A stretch of 62,564 nucleotides of DNA from NCBI GenBank assembly GCA_964349455.1, contig CAYGGG010000001.1, positions 1-62,564 of the forward strand, written 5' to 3'. Position numbers and translations under genes: made by a program. The notes under the pieces were generated by a model. That model was given only the letters and a program-made list of their open reading frames with translations. It was not told where the DNA came from and searched no databases. Source of the stretch: an uncultured Muribaculaceae bacterium. GTDB taxonomy: Bacteria; Bacillota_I; Bacilli_A; RF39; UBA660. Of this stretch, positions 47,884-57,032 are shown piece by piece. Every line of letters begins with the position of its first letter. The first letter of the stretch is position 1.

Positions 47884-49563
47884 TTACTTTTTTCGATCAA
47901 CATATTTTGTATGTAATAACTTATGTGCAATTGGACTGGCAGGATACTTTAAAAAATCTTGATAAAGACTAATAATTGCCGGATTACGATGTGATTTTCG
48001 AACCGCTGATTTCTTATCAATATTATACAAAATCGATCGTCTTATTTTTCGAACTCGTTCACTGTTGTAGGGCTGGCCACCACCACCAATACAGCCCCCT
48101 AAACAAGCCATCACTTCAACAAACGTATATTCATTTGGGTTTTCCTTAATTCTTTCAACTAACTTTTGCGCACCAATCAATGAATGAACAACAGCCACTT
48201 TAATTTTTTGATCGCCAATCACAACTTCCGCTTCCTTAAATGCTTCAGTTCCCCTTAACTCATTAAACTCCAAACTACTTAATTCCTGTCCAGTAATAAT
48301 CCCATAAGCCGTCCTTAAAGCCGCTTCCATTACGCCACCAGAATTACCAAAAATCGCCCCTGCCCCACTAGCAATTCCAAATGGATTATCAAATGCTACA
48401 CCATCAATTTGCAAATAATCAATTGCTGATTCATCAATTAACTGAATAATCTCTCTTGTTGTTAAAGCAATATCCACATCGCCTTTCATTTCTTCTCTTT
48501 GTGCTTCATGTTTCTTAGCAGTACATGGCATAGCAGACATTACTACCAATTCTTTTTTAATTTTATCAGCATAAAAACTCTTAGCCACCGCCCCAAACAT
48601 TTGCTGCGGCGATTTACAAGTTGAAAGATGCGCAATTAACTCCGGATGATACTGTTCAACATAATTAATCCATCCTGGACAACAAGAAGTTAACATTGGT
48701 AATCCCTTATTTTCTTTAATTCTTTTAACCAACTCATAACTCTCTTCAATAATCGTCAAATCAGCTGCAAAATTAGTATCAAACACTTCATCAAATCCAA
48801 TTCTTTTCAAAATAGCAACCAACTTACCAATTGGAAAATGATCATAAGAAACCCCATAATGCTCACAAATAGTCGCTCTAATTGAAGGGGCAATTTGAAT
48901 AATCTTATGCTTTGACTTATCTTCTAAAATATTTCTAACTTTCATAACTTCATTTTTTTCAGTAATTGCTCCAACTGGACAAATGGCGGCACACTGACCA
49001 CAAAAAGTACAAGCCATATCAGACAAATTGCAACCCGCTGGCACTCCTATTTTTAAATCATGACTTCGCCCATACTTTTCAATAATATGCAGCCCTTGAA
49101 CATCCTTGCAAATTTCTAAACAACGATTACACTCAATACACTTATTTAAATCTCTAAAAATTGCAACATTTTTATCATCGATTTCCTTTTTCTCTTTTAA
49201 ACCAACAAAAGAACTCTTTTTAATCCCCAACTTTTCACTCAACACAAATAACTGATCTCTTTTTTGATCACAATTACTTAAATCATGATTAGCTAACAAC
49301 AACTCAAAATTAATCTTACGCGCACTGTTAACCTTCCCGCTATCAGTAAAAACTTCAATCGCCTCCCATATTTCAGTCGAACAAGCCGTCTTTAAAATAC
49401 GACTTCCTTTTATTTCGACCAAACACAAGCGGCAATTAGCTTTATTCTTTTGATCCTCATGGTAACATAACGTTGGAATAAAAATATTATTTCTTAAACA
49501 AACATCTAAAATCGTTTCATTTTCTTCACCTAAAAATTCACGTCCATCAATTATTACTCTCAT
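47884..49563 (-). CDS. hydA: [FeFe]-hydrogenase catalytic subunit HydA
   Basis: N-terminal 2Fe-2S and 4Fe-4S Cys clusters. H-cluster motifs TSCCPGW (L1), MPCTAKKHE (L2) and EVMACLGGCIGGGGQP (L3). Confidence 0.93.
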   Translation of the reverse strand: MRVIIDGREFLGEENETILDVCLRNNIFIPTLCYHEDQKNKANCRLCLVEIKGSRILKTACSTEIWEAIEVFTDSGKVNSARKINFELLLANHDLSNCDQKRDQLFVLSEKLGIKKSSFVGLKEKKEIDDKNVAIFRDLNKCIECNRCLEICKDVQGLHIIEKYGRSHDLKIGVPAGCNLSDMACTFCGQCAAICPVGAITEKNEVMKVRNILEDKSKHKIIQIAPSIRATICEHYGVSYDHFPIGKLVAILKRIGFDEVFDTNFAADLTIIEESYELVKRIKENKGLPMLTSCCPGWINYVEQYHPELIAHLSTCKSPQQMFGAVAKSFYADKIKKELVVMSAMPCTAKKHEAQREEMKGDVDIALTTREIIQLIDESAIDYLQIDGVAFDNPFGIASGAGAIFGNSGGVMEAALRTAYGIITGQELSSLEFNELRGTEAFKEAEVVIGDQKIKVAVVHSLIGAQKLVERIKENPNEYTFVEVMACLGGCIGGGGQPYNSERVRKIRRSILYNIDKKSAVRKSHRNPAIISLYQDFLKYPASPIAHKLLHTKYVDRKK

Positions 49564-50722
49564 TAATGCCTCCTAAAAACTTATCTTCAAAAAACTCCAA
49601 CGCTGATAACAAAGTCGTTACTGAATAAAGACCCAGTCCACAAAAAGAAGAAACGCTAATCACATTAGTCAATTCTTTTAACACAATTAAATCATCCATT
49701 GACGCTTTTTTCATAATAAACTTATCCAATAAAACCAATATCTGAGTTAACCCCTCACGACAAGGCGTACACTTGCCACAAGACTCATGGTTAAAAAAAC
49801 CAATATTGTTTTTAACTAATTCTAAAATATTATCATCCGCAATAATCAAAGCCCCTGAACCAATCGAAAACCGTTTATCTTCCAATTTATCCATATTAAT
49901 ATTTATATTACTCAAATGATAAGGGATTAACATTCCCGAAGGGCCTCCTAAAATAACCGCATAAACATCTTGACAATATTGATCAAGAAAATCTTTAACT
50001 ACAATATCGTTTAACACTTCATAGACACCTGCATGATCAGTTTTACCAGACAAACTAATTAACCTTGTGCCATAAACCGGATAATCGGCTTTAAAAAGAT
50101 GGGGCATATTTGATAGCGTTTCAACATTTAACAGTAAAGTTGGCTTATCAAATAAACCACTAGTAGTTGGGAATGGCGGTTTTTGCCGCGTCTTCCCCCT
50201 GATCCCTTCTAAAGACGAAATCAAAGCGGACTCTTCACCACACAAATACGATCCAGCACCACTAAAAACAATCAGCTTTAAATCATCTAAAAAGCCTCTT
50301 ATTTTTGCTTCATTAATCGCTTTCAACAACTTCTTCTTTGCCAAATCATACTCTTCTCTAATATAAACATAAGCAACTGAAGCACCAACAATATGAGCCG
50401 CAATAATCATTCCTTCAATTAGTTGATGAGGATTATTTTCAAGCAAAAACTTGTCCTTAAAATTACCCGGTTCCCCTTCATCAGCATTACAAATTAAATA
50501 CTTAAGACCCTCTTGCTTAAAAACATCATTCATTTTCATCCAAGTTGGAAAATTTGCACCACCACGGCCATATAATTTTATTTCTTTTACTCTTTCAATT
50601 AACGCTAATCTATCTTTTTCACGAATTTCACAAAAAGTTTGATAACCACCATAAATAATATAATTATCAATCAAAGCCAAATCAACTTCACCCACATGTT
50701 TTGTTAACAACTTATGCTCCAT
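49547..50722 (-). CDS. hydB: NuoF-like flavoprotein subunit HydB (short form)
   Basis: GRGGANFPT (NADH), GAGSYLCGEESALISSLEG (FMN) and CGKCTPCREG (4Fe-4S). The start at MEHKLL (50722) is preceded by AGGAGTGG. Confidence 0.88.
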   Translation of the reverse strand: MEHKLLTKHVGEVDLALIDNYIIYGGYQTFCEIREKDRLALIERVKEIKLYGRGGANFPTWMKMNDVFKQEGLKYLICNADEGEPGNFKDKFLLENNPHQLIEGMIIAAHIVGASVAYVYIREEYDLAKKKLLKAINEAKIRGFLDDLKLIVFSGAGSYLCGEESALISSLEGIRGKTRQKPPFPTTSGLFDKPTLLLNVETLSNMPHLFKADYPVYGTRLISLSGKTDHAGVYEVLNDIVVKDFLDQYCQDVYAVILGGPSGMLIPYHLSNININMDKLEDKRFSIGSGALIIADDNILELVKNNIGFFNHESCGKCTPCREGLTQILVLLDKFIMKKASMDDLIVLKELTNVISVSSFCGLGLYSVTTLLSALEFFEDKFLGGINESNN

Positions 50723-51173
50723 TTTCGCCACTCCTATATTCATTCAAAATCTCTTTAATTTTTTCTGCAGTTAAATTATCATAAATTTTTTTATTAATTC
50801 GCATCACTGGTGCCTTATCACAACATCCCAAACAACTAACCAATTTCAAAGAAAACAAACGATCGTCAGTTGTTTCATCAACTGCAATCTTTAATTCATC
50901 TTTCAACACTTCTAACATATTAAAAGCACCATTAATATAACAAGAAGCAACCGAACATAACTGAACAACATACTTTCCTTGTGGCTTATCTGACAAGTAA
51001 CTATAAAAAGTAATTAAACTATAAATCTTACTTTTAGTAATCCCCACTTTTTTTGCAATTATTTCAATATCTGACTCACTAATATAATTAAAAGAATTCA
51101 TTTCCTGAACCTCAGTTAAAATTGGAATAATGTTTTCTTCCTTCATCTCATACTTTTTTAAAATTTCTTCCAT
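50712..51173 (-). CDS. hydC: NuoE-like 2Fe-2S thioredoxin-fold subunit HydC
   Basis: C-x4-C ... C-x3-C pattern (CSVASC...CLGCCDKAPV) and a typical size. Confidence 0.85.
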   Translation of the reverse strand: MEEILKKYEMKEENIIPILTEVQEMNSFNYISESDIEIIAKKVGITKSKIYSLITFYSYLSDKPQGKYVVQLCSVASCYINGAFNMLEVLKDELKIAVDETTDDRLFSLKLVSCLGCCDKAPVMRINKKIYDNLTAEKIKEILNEYRSGENGA

Positions 51174-51240
51174 CTTATCGCCTCTATTATCAATTATATC
51201 ATTTCTTAAAAAAATATGATATGATTTTTATGGTGATAAT

Positions 51241-52089
51241 ATGGAATTATGGATTGAATATGTTTTAATTTCTGCTCTTATTCTAGGCCTTTACAACATC
51301 TTTAAAAAGAAAGCCTTAGAAAAAAACAACGCAATTGAAGTCTTAATCACATTTACCATTTTATCGTTTATTTTTGTCATTCCTGAAGCAAAAAATGCCT
51401 TCCAAACCGATCTTCACTATATTTCAATTATTCTTTTAAAATCAGTAATTGTTTTTTCAAGTTGGATTATTAGTTGGAATTGCCTAAAACATATGCCCAT
51501 CAGCACCTATAGCATTTTCTATTTATCAAGACTTCTTTTTATTGCCATTTTAGGAATCATTCTCTTACAAGAAAAAATAATCTTTATCCACTTAATCGGT
51601 ATGATTCTAATTATGATAGGTTTAATTATTGCAAATTTAAATCAAAAAACAAAAACCGAAAACTTTAATACCAAATACACTTATTACCTAATTATTAGTT
51701 GCTTTATTATTTCTTTTTCAAGTGTAATCGATAAACTAGTAATGAAACACATTAATCCTGGTCAGATGCAATTTTGGTTCATGGGCTTTATGGCTGTTTT
51801 ATATATTCTCTACACCATTTTTACCAAAGCAAAATTAAACTTCAACACGATTAAAAAAAATTATTGGCTCCCAATCATTGCTATTTCAGTTATTGTTGCT
51901 AGCCGCTTTCATTTTATGGCCAATGCCGTCCCCGAAAGCAATATTTCATTAATTGCTTTTATCCGTACTCTTTCAGTTGTTATTTCTTTGCTAATTGGTG
52001 GCCTTTTATTTAAAGAAAAAAATCTTTTATTTAAATTATTTTGCTCCATTATTATCTTAATTGGAATTGCATTATTAACTTTGTATTAA
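51241..52089 (+). CDS. EamA/DMT-family transporter
   Basis: Ten predicted TM helices in a duplicated 5+5 arrangement. Confidence 0.65.
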   Translation: MELWIEYVLISALILGLYNIFKKKALEKNNAIEVLITFTILSFIFVIPEAKNAFQTDLHYISIILLKSVIVFSSWIISWNCLKHMPISTYSIFYLSRLLFIAILGIILLQEKIIFIHLIGMILIMIGLIIANLNQKTKTENFNTKYTYYLIISCFIISFSSVIDKLVMKHINPGQMQFWFMGFMAVLYILYTIFTKAKLNFNTIKKNYWLPIIAISVIVASRFHFMANAVPESNISLIAFIRTLSVVISLLIGGLLFKEKNLLFKLFCSIIILIGIALLTLY

Positions 52090-52118
52090 AAAGAAGCTAT
52101 TCTAAAAGCTTCTTTTTA
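52088..52118. terminator. bidirectional rho-independent terminator (end of the lipoyl operon)
   Basis: aagaagct-(8 nt)-agcttctt with flanking A and T runs. Confidence 0.7.
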
Positions 52119-52391
52119 GTTTAGAAATAATTTTTCAATATCCTCACTACCAAACCCGACAAGCACAATCTCATTTTTCTTAATCGTTTCGTCTAATCTT
52201 TCTTTAACCCCTTCAACTTCACCTAACATACAATTTTCTAACAAACTAATTGAAGTTTCCGGATAAACAAAAAAATCACCAAAAATATTAACAAACGTAA
52301 TCTTGTTATCAATTATCTCAATATCCAATCTTAATAACTTTCCATTAGTAACCTTGTAATCAATCTTTTTTCTCATCTTTGATTTAACCAC
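52116..52391 (-). CDS. lplB: lipoate-protein ligase C-terminal (accessory) domain as a separate polypeptide, LplB-like
   Basis: 91 aa. DYKVTNGKLLRLDIEIIDNKITFVNIFGDFFVYPE matches the LplA C-terminal domain. Overlaps the lplA end by 19 nt. Confidence 0.7.
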   Translation of the reverse strand: MVKSKMRKKIDYKVTNGKLLRLDIEIIDNKITFVNIFGDFFVYPETSISLLENCMLGEVEGVKERLDETIKKNEIVLVGFGSEDIEKLFLN

Positions 52392-53116
52392 TCACTTGTA
52401 TTATATTTCTCATCATATAATTTTCTAGCTAAATTCTTTTCTTCATCAGTTAAATTAGACTCACAAAATTCAATCTGAAACTTTTCCATAAATCCCTTTT
52501 TTAAAGCCTCAACCACTTCAGAATAAGCAACTTCTCGATTCAACTCATTTTTAATTGAAGTAACACATTCGCTTACATCATTAATCATTTTATCACGCAA
52601 CTTTTCATCAGGAACTTTTAAAATCGAAAACATCTTTGCCACATCAACATCAACTAAAACCGTTCCATGCTGTAAAACCATTTTGTTTCTCCTTGTTTGC
52701 GCACTACCAGAGATTTTTTTACCGTTAACCATAATATCATTAATCGGTTTAAATTGACAATCAATTTCAAGCTCCTTAAACCCACAAATAACGGCTCCGC
52801 ATATTTCCTCATAAGACTTTAAAATATCTTTGTCCAAATCATCCTCACTTAATAAAACCGAATAAGTAATTTCTTGATCATGAAAAACCGCCCCACCACC
52901 AGTATAACGACGAACAATATCAAATTGATATTGTTTTAATTTATCTAAATCAACTTCCTGATTCACACTTTGAAAAAACCCAATACTAATTGCTGGTGGA
53001 TACCAACTATAAAAACGTAACGTATTGACACTCTTAGAAATCAACAACGCCTCATCAATCGCCATTTGCATTGCGGCATTATCTTCACAATAACTAATTA
53101 ATCGCCATTTTTTCAC
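52373..53116 (-). CDS. lplA: lipoate-protein ligase catalytic domain (LplA, N-terminal domain only)
   Basis: RRYTGGGAVFHD and the KISGSAQ lysine motif. 247 aa with no C-terminal domain. GTG start behind AAGGAAGTG. Confidence 0.85.
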   Translation of the reverse strand: MKKWRLISYCEDNAAMQMAIDEALLISKSVNTLRFYSWYPPAISIGFFQSVNQEVDLDKLKQYQFDIVRRYTGGGAVFHDQEITYSVLLSEDDLDKDILKSYEEICGAVICGFKELEIDCQFKPINDIMVNGKKISGSAQTRRNKMVLQHGTVLVDVDVAKMFSILKVPDEKLRDKMINDVSECVTSIKNELNREVAYSEVVEALKKGFMEKFQIEFCESNLTDEEKNLARKLYDEKYNTSEWLNQR

Positions 53117-53924
53117 TAAAACACTTCCTTGCTTGATAAGAACTTCGGACTAACTTCCCTGAAATAACACAATCAAACCCAATCTCATAGCCCATTTTTT
53201 CGATCATTTTAAACTCTTCATCAGAATAATACTTCACCACCGAATATTGCTTTGCACTTGGTTTCAAATACTGCCCAATTGTTACAATATTAACACCATT
53301 ATTTTTCAAATCAATTAACGTTTTTTCAATTTGTTCGATTGTTTCACCCAAACCAACCATTAACCCTGACTTAACTATCTTTTTCATAGAAGCCTCTTTT
53401 AAAATCATCAGTGATCTTTCATAATTACCTTCTTTTCTTAACAAAGAAAACAAATCTTCAACCACTTCAATATTATGATTTAAAACATCAATCCCAGAAT
53501 CCAACACTTTTTGCAAAGCATTTAAATCACCCTTTAAATCAGAAATCAACACTTCAACTTTAATATCACTAAACTCTTTTTTAATTTTATCCACAATTAA
53601 AGCCACATAACCAGCACCACCATCATCTAAATCATCTCTTGTTACTTGTGTTAAAACAACATATTTCAAATCCAAATACTTAATTGCTTTTAAAATATTA
53701 TCTATTTCAAAATAATCAACCTCATTTGGAATGCCACTTTCAACATTACAATAAGCACAATTCCGGGTACAAATATTACCTAACAACAAAAAAGTGACCG
53801 TGCTTGCCGAAAAACACTGATAGCGATTCGGACAATCACCGGCCATACAAATAGTATTAATATTTAATTTTTTAATTTTTTCTAAAACAACCAAATACTT
53901 TTTTCGATCAACCTTATTAATCAT
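53094..53924 (-). CDS. lipA: lipoyl synthase (radical SAM)
   Basis: Auxiliary-cluster cysteines CMAGDCPNRYQC and the radical-SAM CTRNCAYC motif. Confidence 0.9.
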   Translation of the reverse strand: MINKVDRKKYLVVLEKIKKLNINTICMAGDCPNRYQCFSASTVTFLLLGNICTRNCAYCNVESGIPNEVDYFEIDNILKAIKYLDLKYVVLTQVTRDDLDDGGAGYVALIVDKIKKEFSDIKVEVLISDLKGDLNALQKVLDSGIDVLNHNIEVVEDLFSLLRKEGNYERSLMILKEASMKKIVKSGLMVGLGETIEQIEKTLIDLKNNGVNIVTIGQYLKPSAKQYSVVKYYSDEEFKMIEKMGYEIGFDCVISGKLVRSSYQARKCFSEKMAIN

Positions 53925-55185
53925 TTTGATCCTTTAAAAAATTAATTTTTTTCAAACAAATAGTAGCAGCCATTACCACCGGATCAAAAATAGAAGCCGA
54001 AGCTGGATTATAACACGTTTCCATATTAACAACATCATCCAACTGAATTTTCTTTTCAATTGCCAAAGCGATTAAATTCAAGCGCCCCGCCACTTCATGA
54101 TGACCTATAATTTGACCACCAATTATTTCTTTATCAAAATTACAAATTAACTTAACAATTATTTTTTCCTCATTATTATAATAATTTGAACGAACCGTTC
54201 CAATATACCTGCCCACAACACAATTATCAACTTCTTCTTCAATCACCCCAACTGAGCCAATATATAAATTTCCTAATTTCGTAATTGTATTATTCAAAAC
54301 ATACGAAAATTGCTTAGAATCAGATAAAAGATTGGCCGCGACTACTTTTGCCTGCCTAACCGCTGTTGTTCCAAGCTGGCTCAATACTATCTTTCTCGTA
54401 ATCAAGTGAATTGATTCAACACAATCACCACAAGCAAAAATATTTTCATCAGATGTTTGCAAAAATGAATTAACCTTTACCCCTATCCCCACTTCAAGCC
54501 CAATTTTTTTTGCCAAATCAGTTTTAGGAAGAAGACCCGTACACATAAACAAATTATCAAACTTAATTTCTTTTTCATTACAAACTAAACTATTACCACT
54601 AATTCTTTCAATTTTAGCATTAACCTCAACCTTGATATTCCCCAACTCCAAAAATCCAGCCATATCTTTATCAAGCATTTTACTTAAAATTTGCGATTTT
54701 TCTTCAAAAAGATACACCTCATGACCAAGAATTGATAAAGCATTCGCAAGTTCAGTCCCAATCATCCCACCGCCAACTACCACCGAACAATTTCCATTTT
54801 TCATATTAACATCATCAATTGTTTTCAAAGTTTGATAATCTCGACCGGCCTCGCTTCCAGTTGTCATAACCAACCGATCATAATCAATTTCTTTAGAGAC
54901 ACCATTTTCTAAATAAAAAACTTTTTTTAACTTTCGATTAACATCCATTACTTCTGAATTTAATCTTAATTCAATTTGATTTAATTGATAATCCTCCTCT
55001 TGATAAATAAAAATATCTTCCCGATTTTTTATTTCACCAGAAATCAAGTAAGGGAGCGCACAAGGAGAGTACTCCAAATATTTCGTTTTTTCAATAATAA
55101 AAATTTCAACATTTTTATTTAACTTGCGAAGTTCAAAAGCGCAAGTTGTTCCAGCACTGCCCCCACCAATAATTACAACTCGCAT
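53917..55185 (-). CDS. FAD-dependent pyridine nucleotide-disulfide oxidoreductase of the CoA-disulfide reductase / NADH oxidase class
   Basis: VVIIGGGSAGTT FAD fold, a single redox Cys in YSPCALPY, and a second dinucleotide fold VVVGGGMIGTE. No C-terminal rhodanese domain. Confidence 0.8.
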   Translation of the reverse strand: MRVVIIGGGSAGTTCAFELRKLNKNVEIFIIEKTKYLEYSPCALPYLISGEIKNREDIFIYQEEDYQLNQIELRLNSEVMDVNRKLKKVFYLENGVSKEIDYDRLVMTTGSEAGRDYQTLKTIDDVNMKNGNCSVVVGGGMIGTELANALSILGHEVYLFEEKSQILSKMLDKDMAGFLELGNIKVEVNAKIERISGNSLVCNEKEIKFDNLFMCTGLLPKTDLAKKIGLEVGIGVKVNSFLQTSDENIFACGDCVESIHLITRKIVLSQLGTTAVRQAKVVAANLLSDSKQFSYVLNNTITKLGNLYIGSVGVIEEEVDNCVVGRYIGTVRSNYYNNEEKIIVKLICNFDKEIIGGQIIGHHEVAGRLNLIALAIEKKIQLDDVVNMETCYNPASASIFDPVVMAATICLKKINFLKDQND

Positions 55186-55186
55186 T

Positions 55187-55558
55187 TTATCCCCTCGTCT
55201 TTTCTTGATAATAAATCAACGCTTCATCTTCATTCATTAAGTCATCTAATTCAGTTTTATCGCTTAATTTAATTTTTACAATCCAACTATCAAAAGGATT
55301 TCGATTAATCAAAGCGGGCTCATCAAATAACACTTGATTCGCTTCAACAACTTCACCAGTAACCGGGCTTGTTAAATGACCTGACCACTTAACCGCTTCT
55401 AAAGTAACATAAACTTCATCTTTTTTAATCATATTTCCAACTTTGGGCAGCATTACAAAAACAAACTCTTGAACTTGCTTTGCCGCTTCTTTTGTCACAC
55501 CTAAAGTAGCTACGTCGCCTTCAATCTTCACCCACGAATAATCTTTATTAAATTTCAT
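55187..55558 (-). CDS. gcvH: glycine-cleavage-type H protein (lipoyl carrier)
   Basis: Lipoyl-lysine context VTLEAVKWSGHLTSPVTGEVVEAN. 123 aa. Confidence 0.88.
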   Translation of the reverse strand: MKFNKDYSWVKIEGDVATLGVTKEAAKQVQEFVFVMLPKVGNMIKKDEVYVTLEAVKWSGHLTSPVTGEVVEANQVLFDEPALINRNPFDSWIVKIKLSDKTELDDLMNEDEALIYYQEKTRG

Positions 55559-55565
55559 AAATACC

Positions 55566-56816
55566 TCATTTCACTTTATAAAATTTTGCAATTATTAACG
55601 AAATAACAATTGCACCACCAAAAACAACAATCGTTCCGCCAATATCATTTAATAAATTTGGGTCATATAATAATACCCCAGCCATACTCAACATAATCAT
55701 ACCACCAATTAGCTTTAATAAACGGCCATGCTTTTCTTCAAATTTTGAAACCTTTAAAGTATAAACCACAATAAAAAATATAATTAATTCATCAATAATA
55801 TAAACTAATAAATATAGCACAAATAAAAAGATAAAAAATGATTTTTCAATTTGGTGAGTAGCAATCATATTTGACCAAATTAAAGGGAACCCAGCCGTAC
55901 AAGGAAGTTCAACTAAAGTAATGCCAAGCGCTAGCGTGGCTGACCCAAGAATCAAAGTTTTTACATTATTTTCAGGCCTCATTAAATTTCTAACTTTGGC
56001 AAATATTTTAGGTTTATATGAATCAGAAATTGTTAAAGAAATTCCTTTCTTATACCAAAAGAAATCTTTGATATTTATCAATGCAAACACTATCGCTATC
56101 GTTGCCACAATTATTCTAATCCAAAGCAAATAACTTACATACGTAAAAATATTAATCATTCCTAAAATAAAGAAACCATAAACTGCACCCGCAACAGTAA
56201 GATAAGTCAGCCCAACTAATAAAATCTTTTTACGATCACCAGTTAAAACAACAACCCCAAGTAAAAACATCAATACCCACAAAGAACATGGGTTAAACCC
56301 ATCAACAAACGCAATTAAAACCGTTGACAACACAAGCGGCATTCCAGACACATTAAACTCTTTTCCAAAAATTTTAATCACACTATCATCAAGCACTTTT
56401 TCATCATTCACATCCGGTTCCTCAACCTCAGTCCCCGAAACAACCGAATATGCCTTATCGTTACAAAAACCTCTTTGGCACTCTTCAATTTTATCTTCCA
56501 TTTCAACACTCATTGCCTCTGAAAAGCCAAGCCAACTTTTTTCACCAATAAACGTTGCCGGTACTCCTTGCGGCAAAATATTATAAGCATTAGCTACCTC
56601 TTCAAATAATTTTGCATTACTTTTATTATTATAAACCTCAAAATAATGAATCTCAACATCAGAATAATCTTTCGCCCATTTCTCTAGATAGGGCTTTTGA
56701 CTCGCACAATGTGGACACCCATCACCATAAAAAAAGTATACATTTACTTTTTTTTGAGCTTCAACACTAGGTATAAATAAAAACAACAAAACAAACAACA
56801 ACAATAATTTCTTCAA
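55566..56816 (-). CDS. exported thioredoxin-like domain (CPHC) fused to a CcdA/DsbD-type thiol-disulfide transmembrane transporter
   Basis: Signal peptide MKKLLLLFVLLFLFIPSVEA, a Trx motif YGDGCPHC, then 6+ TM helices with GFNPC and LPCTAGFP cysteines typical of the DsbD_2/CcdA family. TTG start behind GAGGAGG. Confidence 0.8.
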   Translation of the reverse strand: MKKLLLLFVLLFLFIPSVEAQKKVNVYFFYGDGCPHCASQKPYLEKWAKDYSDVEIHYFEVYNNKSNAKLFEEVANAYNILPQGVPATFIGEKSWLGFSEAMSVEMEDKIEECQRGFCNDKAYSVVSGTEVEEPDVNDEKVLDDSVIKIFGKEFNVSGMPLVLSTVLIAFVDGFNPCSLWVLMFLLGVVVLTGDRKKILLVGLTYLTVAGAVYGFFILGMINIFTYVSYLLWIRIIVATIAIVFALINIKDFFWYKKGISLTISDSYKPKIFAKVRNLMRPENNVKTLILGSATLALGITLVELPCTAGFPLIWSNMIATHQIEKSFFIFLFVLYLLVYIIDELIIFFIVVYTLKVSKFEEKHGRLLKLIGGMIMLSMAGVLLYDPNLLNDIGGTIVVFGGAIVISLIIAKFYKVK

Positions 56817-56855
56817 CTAAATTTCCTCCTCAAATTAACACCCTTATCTATCATA

Positions 56856-56883
56856 ATTATACTCTATTATCAAGAAAAGTCAA
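56856..56883 (-). promoter_or_regulatory. sigma-70-type promoter of the trx-ccdA/gcvH/lipA operon
   Basis: Minus-sense TTGACT (56878-56883), 16-nt spacer, TATAAT (56856-56861). Confidence 0.5.
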
Positions 56884-57032
56884 ACAAACTTTTTTTGTTT
56901 TTATATTTATCCTAACATTAATAAAATGTATTTAAAACTAAATTATGAACTTGTTTTCACGAACAATAAGCAAATTTTACAAAAATACATTTAAGCAATT
57001 AGGATGAAAAATGAAGAAAAAAAGTAATTTAA

